A DNA stretch of 64,000 nt, from assembly GCA_040437565.1 (NCBI GenBank), contig JBDOQK010000001.1:248001-312000 (forward strand). Reading direction: 5' to 3'. The stretch comes from Albugo candida (lineage: Eukaryota). This document shows, one piece after another, positions 1-13,162 of this stretch (within the stretch, counting starts at the first letter, position 1; each line of letters begins with the position of its first letter). Under the pieces are notes generated by a model. The model was given only the letters and a program-made list of their open reading frames with translations. It did not search any database and was not told the origin of the DNA. The position numbers and the translations under genes were made by a program.

Positions 1-1750
1 ATTAGTTTTATTCAATCTTGTTTTAAGAGCAGCAAGAGGTATGCGCAGGAAGGACCGCATTTTTTGTTGCACTTGATATATTAACTGATGCAGAAGTTTT
101 ACCTCATGTCAAATAAAAGACTTTCGTTTGGTAAGTTCATAGTATTGGTTTCGGTTTCGGGTCGACCGCGGAAGAAACCGGCGTCGGTCACCCACTCTCA
201 GTTAGTGCATAAAAGCATAGGGTTAGCATGGCTGGTTGTGAGAGCACACGGCCAGTAAGCAAGAAAGGATAAATATAATCACTTTTACTTCTACTTCGAC
301 TTCTGTCCTATTTCTTCTGCATTCTAACATACAAGCGGCTCAGCTCGAATGGCGTTTACCACCGATGCTAAAAGTATATACGGTAGTAGTCCAAAATTTG
401 ACGCTATGGTCACTTTTGATTGCCTCGAGTCGCTTACGCTTATATGTTTCGTATTGATTCAATATAATATAGAGACCAAGATCGATGATAATATAGAAAA
501 TGCTTAAAGATTTTACGAAAGAATCAAAAGTGCTGAAGAGACTCAGTGATATACACGTCGCCTCGCGAGGCGCCAAGCTAACGCTTTATAAGCTTCTGTA
601 TCAATGTTGTTTATTTGCTTTGAAGTATCAACAAATTCTGGTTGTTGATAGCGTCTATGTACTTGTATTCGTAAAAGATGAGCGAATAAATCACCTTTAA
701 AAGAGACAAGTTAATCATGGTTGGAGCTTCGAAATCAATGAGTCGTGTACAAATTTGTGGGCGATAACAGTAATTTTAGAAGACTACCGGAAGTACAGGA
801 CGTGATCATTCAGCAATATAAAGTGATTATAGAGCCGCAGGCAACTTGCCAGAATGAAATTATATTAGTTCTATTCGTCGCATGTGCACCTTCCTTCGGT
901 ATCTCTGTACGCCCAAGGTTCTTGGCATGTGAAGAACTATGTGTTGGAAACGGTGAGAAAGCTGAAGGAGCAAGTGAATCTCGAGGAGCTTCGATGAGCA
1001 CGGAAGAGGCGGCTGTCAGATTTCGGAAGATAGCTTTAGGAATAGTTGCACGTTAGCTACAAAATTCAGGTAGAGCCAGAATAAAAGGAAGCTCGGTAAA
1101 GGTGGAGAGTAAGGCATAGAAGAAAAAAAATAGTAGGTAAGGACAAACAAATACACAGAATCGATTTCGCCATCAACAACGCACCCAACATTTACAGCAC
1201 TATGGGCATATGAACATGCTAGTTTTTATTTTATTTCCCGGCAACTCTCAGAATGGTTCGATACCGAAATACTTCTCGCGTGCTGTAGCATTCACATTTG
1301 CGATGCATCGTATCGAATATGCTAATAACACAAAAATTGTGACACATGGAAATAAAATGCTATTTATCCCCAACTTCAATTCGCGCTTTGTGACGATAAC
1401 CATAGAGACAGAATATTTTACAAAACAGCGGATTACATGATTCATTGCCTCTGCATGATCCTAATCCCTTTCTTGCACCTCAGCCCAGTATCAGAGGGTG
1501 ATATATTGTTGCTTGTTTTTATTAAATTTATCGCATAGAGCACACGCACTCTGTAATTGTCTTTTGTATGCGGGATCCAAAGCAAAACATTTCCAGACGC
1601 AATTTGTTAGGAGAGTATGTAAGGGAAATGAAACGGCTGAAAGGTTGATTTGCTGATTTTCCTATGAATAAAACTCAGTAGCTTTTCCTCTAGGAGTATC
1701 AAAAAAAATTCCAAAGGCATTTGATGCTGTAGAAAAGCTGTCATTTTTTA

Positions 1751-3267
1751 GGGAACTGCTGCGGACACACTCATTTTTTGCTACGGGCACACCCCTAAAG
1801 ACAAAAATTACATACCCCACCCCCTACATTCGTTCCGCTAATATAGTAGATTAAGAAGTCTATCTTTCCTCTTACACCTCCAGTCTCCCAACCACTCCTT
1901 CAACCACTACATCCACCACTCCTGGTGCCATGTTCTCAGCTGCTAGCACCACCAATCCCTAATTCACTACCCAGCCCACTAATCAGCCCACTCCCCAGTG
2001 CACTCTGTCCAGTCCAGCCACCTTTTCCATCACTCTCGCTCCTGCTGCTCTTCACGCATCCAATTCCGATATTTTGCTTGCAAATACTGCACCCATAGAT
2101 TTGATATAAAAACACATACTTTAATTCTCGAATCGCTATTGATGAGGCATTAAAAATTACGGATGCGACCTGGGTGGTGTTCAAAGAAATATTAGAGATT
2201 AACAGAAGATACCTGCCAGCGGGTATGATCCAGCCGTCAACATGTTTGCCATTTCGCTGGGTTGGTCGGCTAAAACAAGTAGTTTGGTTGCTCGATGACG
2301 TACGCTCGGAGCACAACCATGACATTGCTGTTGACCTCAGTGGCCATTCAGGTACGAAAAAGAATTATCGCTTCATCTGCAACAAATAGCTGTTATGTCA
2401 ACGGCAACTGCCCACCAAGAGAATTTACAACTGTTTGATGCAGATGCCGGATGAGGGCTCTCAAGTTGCGGTCATAACAAAGGACATCAGCAACCAAAAA
2501 GCTTCTATTCGAAAGTAGCACCTTGCAGGCCCCACATCTTCGAAGGCATTGATGGATGAGCTCAGTTCTGAGGAGAAATGGCACCACATCTCCACATCAG
2601 ACCAAGCAGGTCATATAAGCCAACTCTATATCAGTCACTTTGCATCAAAACATCTGGTTGAAAAATACCATCCTGTGTTTGTGATTGGCTGCATATATAC
2701 AACGAACCGTTATGGTTTACCACTACTTAATATTGTCGGGATTACCCCACTGAACAAGTCCTCTTTACGCACATCTCGGACAGATAACCTCCTTTCGAGC
2801 TGAGGGTGCACGTTCATTCCGCAAAAAACATGTCCACATGTCGACAGGGAACCTTTAACAGGTGGTAGGCCAACTTAACATCGCTATTCAACACCAGCTT
2901 GATGTAGTCCGAGCTGGTGAGGTAGCAGACCAGCTAAACATCCAGAAATACCAGGATACCCTTCTTCAGCTTCTTGGGTGTGTCCAGCTTTGCAATCGAA
3001 AAGGTGTGATACTTTTATTTGCAACAGGTCATAAAATGATAAGACGGCAATCGTGGCTGGATTTTTTCTCTCTGAAATGCCTGCCTACTAGGCTACTTTT
3101 ACTGTGCTTAAAATAAGTTAAGCTTTTCTTATGGTGTTCCTGCCACCAGCTAGAAGCGGACTTGAGAGCAGCAGACGCGGCGGTACGAAAGTAGGGGGTA
3201 TGTTTGTAATCTCTATTTTTAGGGGGGTGTCCGTAGCAAAAATTGAGTGTATCCGCAGCAATTTCCT
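1751..3267 (+). mobile_element. Degenerate Mutator-like (MULE) DNA transposon with about 88-bp terminal inverted repeats
   Basis: Left end 1751-1838 (gggaactgctgcggacacactcattttttgctacgggcacacccctaaa...cgttccgc) is an imperfect reverse complement of 3180-3267. Internal broken ORFs carry MULE motifs: VVWLLDDVRSEHNH (FAR1-like DNA-binding end) and VIGCIYTTNRYGLPLLNIVGIT (cf. D-x-TYKTNRY-x-LPL-x3-G transposase core). Confidence 0.85.
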
Positions 3268-5625
3268 TTTTTTATTATGATACTGTAAGCAGCACGTGCA
3301 GTATGTCCTCCGACGTCGCTTCTGCTCATCACTGGTACTGTTTCCATGTGCTGTGCTTTTAAGTCTGATCTTTAAAGAAAGCTGCCATATTCGCCACTCC
3401 TACTTGCGTATGCTTACAAAGGTTAACATTATTCATTATCAGCTTCTACTATAAGGATCGGTAAGCAGGAAGAAGCCAGGCATCTCGTGTTTTTCTACCG
3501 CCCTCGTACAGTTAATGGCTTCTGCACTCCGCCACGTACACACCTATCTTTAGATTCTCACTACAGATACGTCACTTCCCAAGTTTGTAATCCTACTCGC
3601 TTTATCAAATCACTCCTTCAAGCTCCTGGAATGGTTTGTTACATCTCCTAAGAAGAAAACATCGAGAACAATCCCATGATGAAATTCGTAGTGTAATCTT
3701 TCCAAATAGAGATTTTACCGAAAACAGATTGATGAAATAAATCGTCATACATACGATTCGGCAAGCGCGTTGATGATCAATGTGATGGGAACGGAGTTTC
3801 CTCTCATTCGAAGCCTTGGCTGAAAGTCGTATCAAAGAAAACCACACAAGGTTACCAATATCTTCCAATACTTGATGGTCGAGTACGCATCGCTTTAATG
3901 TAATCTTGTAGGCGAGCATCATGTTATTTAGCTACATTCTCAATCAGCTAATACTTATGCTTGTCGCAGTGCTACTGTTTCCAAATTATAGTCAGATTAG
4001 CGGTCCGAAAAACGTAGCTAGCATTTTATAGTATATTGTCAGTAGCAGAGATCCAATGTTCAAGGTTGATGCTATCTCATCTCAAGTGACACTTTGAAAC
4101 TCGTCAATCAGTACCTTTACTATCAAGTGTATCAATTGAAATTTATTTAGACTTTCATTTTGCTAATGAGATCTCTTGTAGCCGATTATTTTCGATGCAG
4201 CCGGTTGTGTCCGAAATTNNNNNNNNNNNNNNNNNNNNNNNNNNNNNNNNNNNNNNNNNNNNNNNNNNNNNNNNNNNNNNNNNNNNNNNNNNNNNNNNNN
4301 NNNNNNNNNNNNNNNNNNAGCTGGTGAGGTAGCAGACCAGCTAAACATCCAGAAATACCAGGATACCCTTCTTCAGCTTCTTGGGTGTGTCCAGCTTTGC
4401 AATCGAAAAGGTGTGATACTTTTATTTGCAACAGGTCATAAAATGATAAGACGGCAATCGTGGCTGGATTTTTTCTCTCTGAAATGCCTGCCTACTAGGC
4501 TACTTTTACTGTGCTTAAAATAAGTTAAGCTTTTCTTATGGTGTTCCTGCCACCAGCTAGAAGCGGACTTGAGAGCAGCAGACGCGGCGGTACGAAAGTA
4601 GGGGGTATGTTTGTAATCTCTATTTTTAGGGGGGTGTCCGTAGCAAAAATTGAGTGTATCCGCAGCAATTTCCTTTTTTTATTATGATACTGTAAGCAGC
4701 ACGTGCAGTATGTCCTCCGACGTCGCTTCTGCTCATCACTGGTACTGTTTCCATGTGCTGTGCTTTTAAGTCTGATCTTTAAAGAAAGCTGCCATATTCG
4801 CCACTCCTACTTGCGTATGCTTACAAAGGTTAACATTATTCATTATCAGCTTCTACTATAAGGATCGGTAAGCAGGAAGAAGCCAGGCATCTCGTGTTTT
4901 TCTACCGCCCTCGTACAGTTAATGGCTTCTGCACTCCGCCACGTACACACCTATCTTTAGATTCTCACTACAGATACGTCACTTCCCAAGTTTGTAATCC
5001 TACTCGCTTTATCAAATCACTCCTTCAAGCTCCTGGAATGGTTTGTTACATCTCCTAAGAAGAAAACATCGAGAACAATCCCATGATGAAATTCGTAGTG
5101 TAATCTTTCCAAATAGAGATTTTACCGAAAACAGATTGATGAAATAAATCGTCATACATACGATTCGGCAAGCGCGTTGATGATCAATGTGATGGGAACG
5201 GAGTTTCCTCTCATTCGAAGCCTTGGCTGAAAGTCGTATCAAAGAAAACCACACAAGGTTACCAATATCTTCCAATACTTGATGGTCGAGTACGCATCGC
5301 TTTAATGTAATCTTGTAGGCGAGCATCATGTTATTTAGCTACATTCTCAATCAGCTAATACTTATGCTTGTCGCAGTGCTACTGTTTCCAAATTATAGTC
5401 AGATTAGCGGTCCGAAAAACGTAGCTAGCATTTTATAGTATATTGTCAGTAGCAGAGATCCAATGTTCAAGGTTGATGCTATCTCATCTCAAGTGACACT
5501 TTGAAACTCGTCAATCAGTACCTTTACTATCAAGTGTATCAATTGAAATTTATTTAGACTTTCATTTTGCTAATGAGATCTCTTGTAGCCGATTATTTTC
5601 GATGCAGCCGGTTGTGTCCGAAATT
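2912..5625. repeat. Identical direct duplication across 100-N gap (2912-4218 = 4319-5625), probable contig-overlap artefact
   Basis: Offset 1407; the copies abut the gap 4219-4318 exactly. Confidence 0.9.
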
Positions 5626-8600
5626 CTTAAATCAACTGCGTGACTATACTTTGAATAAAATCAATAGAAGAGACATATGAATAGGGACGTCCGCAAGTAG
5701 TGGTGAAGAACTAGTACAGCATTGAGCTAAATAGCATTGCTAAGGCCTAAGCGATAGCTGGACATGTTTGGCACTTGTGATCCTGTCGGCTGAAACCTTT
5801 ACCCGATTACAGCCTACTAGTTGTGAGAAATTATCAATATCTTAACGCTGTCTCAGCTTTGATCTTAATGTCGCATGTGATCGATAACTTTGTTCAGTTG
5901 TTCGACGTGGCAGTTGATTGAGAAATTCAAGCAACCGCGACAAACTCCAGTTTTCAATTAGCGCACCAAAATGAAGATGGGTAAAACTGCCAATCTTCCA
6001 GGATTTCTCCAAAAGTGCGAGAAAGAGAATCTTGTTTTACCAGAGGTACCGATAGCTTCTATCATTTAAGTCTATAACCAGCTGAAAACCCCTTTTAGAA
6101 CCCTTATGAGGCAAGCATCGAAGCGGTCAACGCTCTTAAAGAGACCGGCGGCGACGAAGAGGTCTGATTTTGGCTCGCAGAGCTTACAATTCATATTTGA
6201 GAGAATTTGATAGGCGGCGATCGAGCAATTGAGATCCAAACTAGGCGGTAAGGATAGCCATAAACGTGGTCAAGATGGGTCGGAATTGGAACCCCATCAC
6301 GACCCCAAGCGTACAAGGCTCATGATGGAAGTGCGCGGACAACCTGCACGACGAAAAGAAAATCAAAAAATCGTGGATGCGTTTTTGGAATACGCTGAAG
6401 CTCAATTGGATCGTGGTCACACGGGGAAGGGATCGACGCACCTCCGTGCAGCAAAAGAAATACACGCTTCAGATATTGCACTTCATTCGGGCGCAGACGC
6501 TCGTCAGATCGGATTTATTGGAGATACGATGGCCCGACAAGTGGACCAGATTCTTGCTCATGGTAAAATTGAGGATGACACGGGTGAGTTGAATGTGAGC
6601 AAAGATTACCACCATAATCAGCCTCAGATCGTCCATGACATTCGTAATTCAAGTGCTAAACGTAAAGAGAATCAAAAGTTAGTAGATGTATTGGCTGATT
6701 TCGGTGAGCACGAGTTGGAATATGGAAACACCGGAAAAGGAACATCGCATCTGCGCGCTGCAAAAGAATTGCACAACACTGACGAAGTCATCACTTCTGG
6801 AGCTCAGGCTCGAGCTGTTGTCGGATTCATTGGTGATGTCATGGCCGATAAAATCGATCAAATTTTAGCGCACGGGAAAATCATACGGGATGACTCGGAC
6901 CAAGGATATCATCAGCATCGCCGGGTGGCAGGAGAGCCTGCACCCATCGTGCAAGATCTTCGTAATAATCCTGCCAAAAAAAAAGAGAATCAGCTAATTG
7001 TGGATAGGTTGACCGATTACGGTGAGAGTCATCTGACGTCGGGGCACCGTGGCACCGGAATTTCTCATTTACGTGCGGCAAGAGAAATCCGCAATGCGGA
7101 CACAGTGGTGCAGTCTGGAGCAAGTGCGAGGCAGATTGGTATGGTTGGAGGAAGAGTGGCGCAAAAAATCGATCAGATTTTGAGAGACGGCCACGCTGAT
7201 GACGATGAGGATTATCATCCCGGCGATGACGAAGAAGAGCCAGAGGGAACGGAGTACGGCAGCNNNNNNNNNNNNNNNNNNNNNNNNNNNNNNNNNNNNN
7301 NNNNNNNNNNNNNNNNNNNNNNNNNNNNNNNNNNNNNNNNNNNNNNNNNNNNNNNNNNNNNNNTTTCATTTTGCTAATGAGATCTCTTGTAGCCGATTAT
7401 TTTCGATGCAGCCGGTTGTGTCCGAAATTCTTAAATCAACTGCGTGACTATACTTTGAATAAAATCAATAGAAGAGACATATGAATAGGGACGTCCGCAA
7501 GTAGTGGTGAAGAACTAGTACAGCATTGAGCTAAATAGCATTGCTAAGGCCTAAGCGATAGCTGGACATGTTTGGCACTTGTGATCCTGTCGGCTGAAAC
7601 CTTTACCCGATTACAGCCTACTAGTTGTGAGAAATTATCAATATCTTAACGCTGTCTCAGCTTTGATCTTAATGTCGCATGTGATCGATAACTTTGTTCA
7701 GTTGTTCGACGTGGCAGTTGATTGAGAAATTCAAGCAACCGCGACAAACTCCAGTTTTCAATTAGCGCACCAAAATGAAGATGGGTAAAACTGCCAATCT
7801 TCCAGGATTTCTCCAAAAGTGCGAGAAAGAGAATCTTGTTTTACCAGAGGTACCGATAGCTTCTATCATTTAAGTCTATAACCAGCTGAAAACCCCTTTT
7901 AGAACCCTTATGAGGCAAGCATCGAAGCGGTCAACGCTCTTAAAGAGACCGGCGGCGACGAAGAGGTCTGATTTTGGCTCGCAGAGCTTACAATTCATAT
8001 TTGAGAGAATTTGATAGGCGGCGATCGAGCAATTGAGATCCAAACTAGGCGGTAAGGATAGCCATAAACGTGGTCAAGATGGGTCGGAATTGGAACCCCA
8101 TCACGACCCCAAGCGTACAAGGCTCATGATGGAAGTGCGCGGACAACCTGCACGACGAAAAGAAAATCAAAAAATCGTGGATGCGTTTTTGGAATACGCT
8201 GAAGCTCAATTGGATCGTGGTCACACGGGGAAGGGATCGACGCACCTCCGTGCAGCAAAAGAAATACACGCTTCAGATATTGCACTTCATTCGGGCGCAG
8301 ACGCTCGTCAGATCGGATTTATTGGAGATACGATGGCCCGACAAGTGGACCAGATTCTTGCTCATGGTAAAATTGAGGATGACACGGGTGAGTTGAATGT
8401 GAGCAAAGATTACCACCATAATCAGCCTCAGATCGTCCATGACATTCGTAATTCAAGTGCTAAACGTAAAGAGAATCAAAAGTTAGTAGATGTATTGGCT
8501 GATTTCGGTGAGCACGAGTTGGAATATGGAAACACCGGAAAAGGAACATCGCATCTGCGCGCTGCAAAAGAATTGCACAACACTGACGAAGTCATCACTT

Positions 8601-9067
8601 CTGGAGCTCAGGCTCGAGCTGTTGTCGGATTCATTGGTGATGTCATGGCCGATAAAATCGATCAAATTTTAGCGCACGGGAAAATCATACGGGATGACTC
8701 GGACCAAGGATATCATCAGCATCGCCGGGTGGCAGGAGAGCCTGCACCCATCGTGCAAGATCTTCGTAATAATCCTGCCAAAAAAAAAGAGAATCAGCTA
8801 ATTGTGGATAGGTTGACCGATTACGGTGAGAGTCATCTGACGTCGGGGCACCGTGGCACCGGAATTTCTCATTTACGTGCGGCAAGAGAAATCCGCAATG
8901 CGGACACAGTGGTGCAGTCTGGAGCAAGTGCGAGGCAGATTGGTATGGTTGGAGGAAGAGTGGCGCAAAAAATCGATCAGATTTTGAGAGACGGCCACGC
9001 TGATGACGATGAGGATTATCATCCCGGCGATGACGAAGAAGAGCCAGAGGGAACGGAGTACGGCAGC
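5560..9067. repeat. Identical direct duplication across gap (5560-7263 = 7364-9067); creates a false truncated copy of the HhH-repeat gene
   Basis: Offset 1804; gap 7264-7363. Confidence 0.9.
7749..7766 (+). promoter_or_regulatory. Oomycete Inr/FPR-like core promoter element
   Basis: ctccagttttcaattagc lies just upstream of ATG 7775 and resembles the oomycete YCAYTYY-n-CAWTT initiator. Confidence 0.4.
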
Positions 9068-9337
9068 TGGGAAAAAGGTCACATTCCTCCAATTGTCGAG
9101 GATATACGTTCGCGTTCAGCGGCGAAGAAGGAGAACCAGCGCTTGGTGGACGCTCTGACCGATTACGGGGAAGAGCAACTGAAACAGAAGCATACAGGGC
9201 GAGGGATCACATATCTGCGCGCTGCACGCGAGATTCAAAACACTAGTGAGGTTATCAAGAGTGGGCAGGATGCGAAGAAAGTGGCTGTTGTCGGTGACAA
9301 AGTCGCGGATTTTGTTGAGAATTGTTTAAAGCAATGA
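7775..9337 (+). CDS. About 485-aa protein: N-terminal UBA-like helical motif plus four tandem DNA polymerase beta-type 8-kDa (HhH) domains, with no polymerase core
   Basis: Exons 7775-7849, 7903-7965 and 8018-9337 are joined in frame by GT-AG introns. Four repeats of KENQ-x-IVD-x-L-x2-YGE...HLRAA-x-EI...IGFIG-x2-MA-x-KIDQIL-x-HGKI resemble the Pol X N-terminal domain (N-x-EI-x3-L...AYRKAA...LPGIG-x-KIA-x-KI-x-EIL-x-TGKL). Confidence 0.8.
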
Positions 9338-9470
9338 AGAGCGTTTTTGATTGGCTACAAATTGCATGGCTATTAAGACTGTAATTGTGTGCTTTAATTA
9401 ATGTCAAATATAGTGTGACGAGGCTCGACTTTACGCGTTGTGTACACTACTTTATGCGAATGCTACTACA

Positions 9471-10724
9471 ATGTCATATTTGCATCGATCGACGCACTTG
9501 AATAACTGGATATTCACGCAGGAGGAGCTGATTCTTGTTCGAGATTTACGTACAATCAAGTCGCAGACTACATCAAGCAAACATCATGCATCGAGATCTG
9601 GAGGTAATGCGGCAGAGAAGGAGGGCGCAGCGTTTTTAGGACGGCGACAAGCGCGATCATTTGCAGCACTCATTCCAAAGTCGACTCTAGCCATACCGAA
9701 TGTGAATGATTGGAATGACGAAACGGACTTAAAAAAAGCAAAGGATTTCGCTGTAGAAGCAAGTAAAGAAGCAGCGTTTGATACCTCACTCTTGCCAAGT
9801 CTGGAAGAAGAAAAAACTCTTGTCGAATTCTACGAGTCAAAAGTGCAGGAGAGTTGCACTCAGCTTTTTCGAACTTCAGAAAAAGTAAAATCGTCGGCCA
9901 TACAGCTTTTCAAGCGATTTTACTTATCGAATAGCGTGGCAGAGTTTCATCCCAAATATCTAGTCCCGACCGTTATCTACGTGGCAGCTAAAGTGGAAGA
10001 GCAGTATATTAGCGTGGAAACTATAGCGGAACATCTCAAAGTATATAAATCATTATGCATGCTCATATTTACGCTAAATGTGCGCTCTTAGATCGACCAT
10101 AAACATGTCATCGGTCATGAGATGATTCTATTGGAAGGCGTCCGATTTCATTTGATTATGTACCATCCATTTCGTCCTTTATTAGGCTTCGTTGACGATT
10201 TGCGACTGTATGCTAAAGCTAAAGGGAAGCAGCTACCACTCGAATTGCTACAAATTTTACATACAAAAGCAAGTGTTGTTGTCAATGAGTTTCTGCTTAC
10301 CGACGTACCGTTGCTGTATCACCCAGCACAGCTTGCGTTGGCCGCATTATTTGAAGCCATTGATCCAACTAACACAGACACGAGTCAAGTTTGCAGAGAG
10401 GATCTTATTGCTTGTATCCGCCTTCATGCCCCTGGGGGCGATTCTATCGTGAAGAGTATGGTAGACATTCTGGGCTCGATAGCAAAGCACCGCAAACGCA
10501 CTTTGCCAAGTACGGATGGCACAAACGATCAAGCCGACTTTGATCCAAAAGCAATCAAAGCAATTTATAAAAAGCTGAAGCCATTTCATGAAGTTTATGA
10601 GGAAGGAAATCCCGCTACTCAAGGGAAACATAAGACGAAAAAGTCAAAAGATGGAAAGGACGTGAAAAAACGAAAAAAATCAACCTCTAAAGATAATAAA
10701 AGTAGTAAGAAAGCGAAGAAATAG
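9471..10724 (+). CDS. CCNH: Cyclin H (CDK-activating kinase/TFIIH cyclin)
   Basis: STHLNNWIFT N-terminus; cyclin box FKRFYLSNSVAEFHPK...YVAAKVEE; EMILLEGVRFHLIMYHPFRPL; LLYHPAQLALAAL. Intron 10041-10091 joins the two ORFs in frame. Confidence 0.92.
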
Positions 10725-10770
10725 CAACTACTATTGACCAGAGTCGTCACTATACATCTTTACCAATAGC

Positions 10771-11193
10771 TTAGACTCTATCGCAATCTTCTTGCTGCTC
10801 TCTTGCAATTTTTTCGCCTACGAAACATGAGTTAGTCAACCGAATTATTTATCCCGATGACGTACGTAAGATTTCTACAATAGCGCGCTGTGTCCTCCGT
10901 TCTAATTTTTTCAGCATCGGTGCCAGATCACGTTCAATATCCCAATTCGCTCGTTTTGGAGCCAATAAGACGTCTTCGTCGTCGTCTTTATCTGTTTGAT
11001 CATTCTCTGTACTCACTACCTTCAAATCTTCTTTCGGCTCAATTCCGGCGTCGGCTTGTGATTTACAAGAGGATTTCTCATCTTCTACAGCCGTATCATC
11101 CTTTCCATCCACTGGTTTCTTTTCCTGTTTCTCCTTGCGCTCTTTTGCTTCACGAAGAAGACGCAAACGTTTTGCTCGTGGTAAATCCTCCAT
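10771..11193 (-). CDS. CCDC12: Cwf18/CCDC12 pre-mRNA splicing factor
   Basis: LAPKRANWDIERDLAPMLKKLERRTQRAIVEILR signature. A short 3' intron leads to the terminal exon REKIAREQQEDCDRV* (stop at 10771). Confidence 0.85.
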
Positions 11194-11396
11194 CACTACC
11201 CAAAAAAACCTCTAGTAACATATTTCTGACATATCTATATTTTTGGCTTAATCAGTATGGTCATCAAACATACCCTATTGTAATATATTCACTTCAAACT
11301 TGACGCTACGTGTGTATGTTAAACTCGAGCCGTAGGACACATCAATAAAGAATGAGCTCTGCGTTGATTGGACGTGATTATTGAGGGTCACTCGCA

Positions 11397-12686
11397 TTAA
11401 TCACTATCCTGCTTACTACGCCGCCCACACATTTGTTGACGTAAATGCTTGGAGCAGAGGCTTTTACGTCGACAGGGATTTAGGCAATTAGTAATTTGAC
11501 ATCGCCTTCCACCACCATGCGTAGCGCAGAAACCTCCACCGCGGTCGTTGCGAGTGCATCCTGGATACTCACACAGTCGCGATCCACCATGTGCGGCGCA
11601 ATGGACCCCTCGTTGGGTGCCTTTGTTGCAACCTTTCATCATACATCGCTTCCCTCCTCCATGACATCGACAGAATCCACCACCTTGCGAGCTTCTATAG
11701 CATCCATCATACTGACAGCGGGGACCGCCTCCATGAGCTTTGCATAGATATTTTGACTGAGCAGCTTTTCCACAACCTTCAATACTACAACGTTTGCCTC
11801 CACCGTGGCGAATGCATAAATTGCCACCTTGACTGCTCTTGTTACAGCCATCGTAGCTACATCGTTGACCACCACCATGCGATATACAACGACCATTTGA
11901 TCGGCAGCGTTTCAAACAACCTTCATGTTTACATAATCGCCTATTTTTATTCTCATGCGTCACCTCTTCTACTGGAAAAGAAGTTGCAGCGGGTGACGGA
12001 GCCGAAAAACGGGTACCTTCCAAAGCCATAAGACTTCTAGAGCTATCGTGTACGTGACCCTGCCATTCGAGTAAATTTAATTCTGTCTTTTCTTTATTAC
12101 CAGTCAGTTCGCAGTCTGACGTATTTTTTTCTTCAGGAGTATCAATCAAAATATTGTAAAGTAACGAAATGTCGGTGTCAGTCACATCGAAATTGTTTTC
12201 AAAAAGTGTACCTTGCTCTTTTCGTGCGCCATGGTACGTCTCAATATGTGACATTTCCGAACGATTATCCAATGTTGCATTAAAGTGGTGCGTGTGACCC
12301 GCATATTGAGTCGGTGCTGGTACGGGTACTGTGGAATAGCGACCACAACCATCAATAGATATCGAGTCGGGCCCTACTTGTGTGTGAATCTTCTTGAACG
12401 GATTTTCATCTGTTTCATAAACCGCGCCGATGTTATTCTCTTCTGGTTTTGAGCGCGATGTCGCTTTTGCTTTATTTACTGACCAAGAAGTCGTGTTAGG
12501 TGGAGAAATTTCTGGAACTGAGAAGTGAAAGTTGTCAAGCCATTCTTCGCTGTTGGATGCACTGGGTGCGAGCGCAAGATCGAAAGCAAAATTGCTTGAT
12601 ACTTGTGGGATGCTTGCGAGTAGCGCCACAGCGCTGTTATTAAAGGCTCCACGGTCACTGAAATTTGAATCGATAGGGCGACACAT
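11397..12686 (-). CDS. Cys/His/Gly-repeat zinc-finger protein (WRKY19-like C-x4-C-x9-C-x2-HGGG repeats), putative transcription factor
   Basis: 429-aa ORF with 7 C-terminal repeats such as KRCSIEGCGKAAQSKYLCKAHGGG after a long S/T/N-rich region. Confidence 0.85.
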   Translation of the reverse strand: MCRPIDSNFSDRGAFNNSAVALLASIPQVSSNFAFDLALAPSASNSEEWLDNFHFSVPEISPPNTTSWSVNKAKATSRSKPEENNIGAVYETDENPFKKIHTQVGPDSISIDGCGRYSTVPVPAPTQYAGHTHHFNATLDNRSEMSHIETYHGARKEQGTLFENNFDVTDTDISLLYNILIDTPEEKNTSDCELTGNKEKTELNLLEWQGHVHDSSRSLMALEGTRFSAPSPAATSFPVEEVTHENKNRRLCKHEGCLKRCRSNGRCISHGGGQRCSYDGCNKSSQGGNLCIRHGGGKRCSIEGCGKAAQSKYLCKAHGGGPRCQYDGCYRSSQGGGFCRCHGGGKRCMMKGCNKGTQRGVHCAAHGGSRLCEYPGCTRNDRGGGFCATHGGGRRCQITNCLNPCRRKSLCSKHLRQQMCGRRSKQDSD

Positions 12687-13162
12687 TAATCACTTTTTGC
12701 GTTTGAGTGAACAAGTAATATAACAAGTGGATGCTGATTATTATTATCGTTTTATTACGCACTGTTTGTTGCCAGAATCTATTTTGTTCGTGCAAATGCA
12801 CTTCAATGTAGGGTTGTGGTGTCACGTCTTAGGAAAGAGAGTTACGTTTCAAGTAAAAGGAAGTGTCGATACATTCTTATTATCAGATATGCGCGGTCGC
12901 AGTGGTACGTCAGAGCTGAGCAGCGAAAAGGACTAACGCCTGTATAGAAATCTGCGACGGGCGGTGCATCCTGGTCAATCGCATCCAACCTTTATTTGTA
13001 TATTACCGAGTGCATTTTTGGTCCTACGCAAATGATGAATTTTAATACCATCTGCAAAGTGCGTGTCCGGCATGTGCGTACGTACTTAAGTGTAACGACC
13101 TCTATTATGGATGACGTATTGCGTTCTGTATAATCTGATACGTATCTACTTAAGAAACCTTG

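Noticed and set aside
340-1445. Short ORFs at the window start
   Set aside because: One signal-like hydrophobic stretch, but no continuous frame or recognisable motif.
5971-7263. Second copy of the HhH-repeat gene
   Set aside because: Identical to the downstream copy and cut off at an N gap: overlap artefact.
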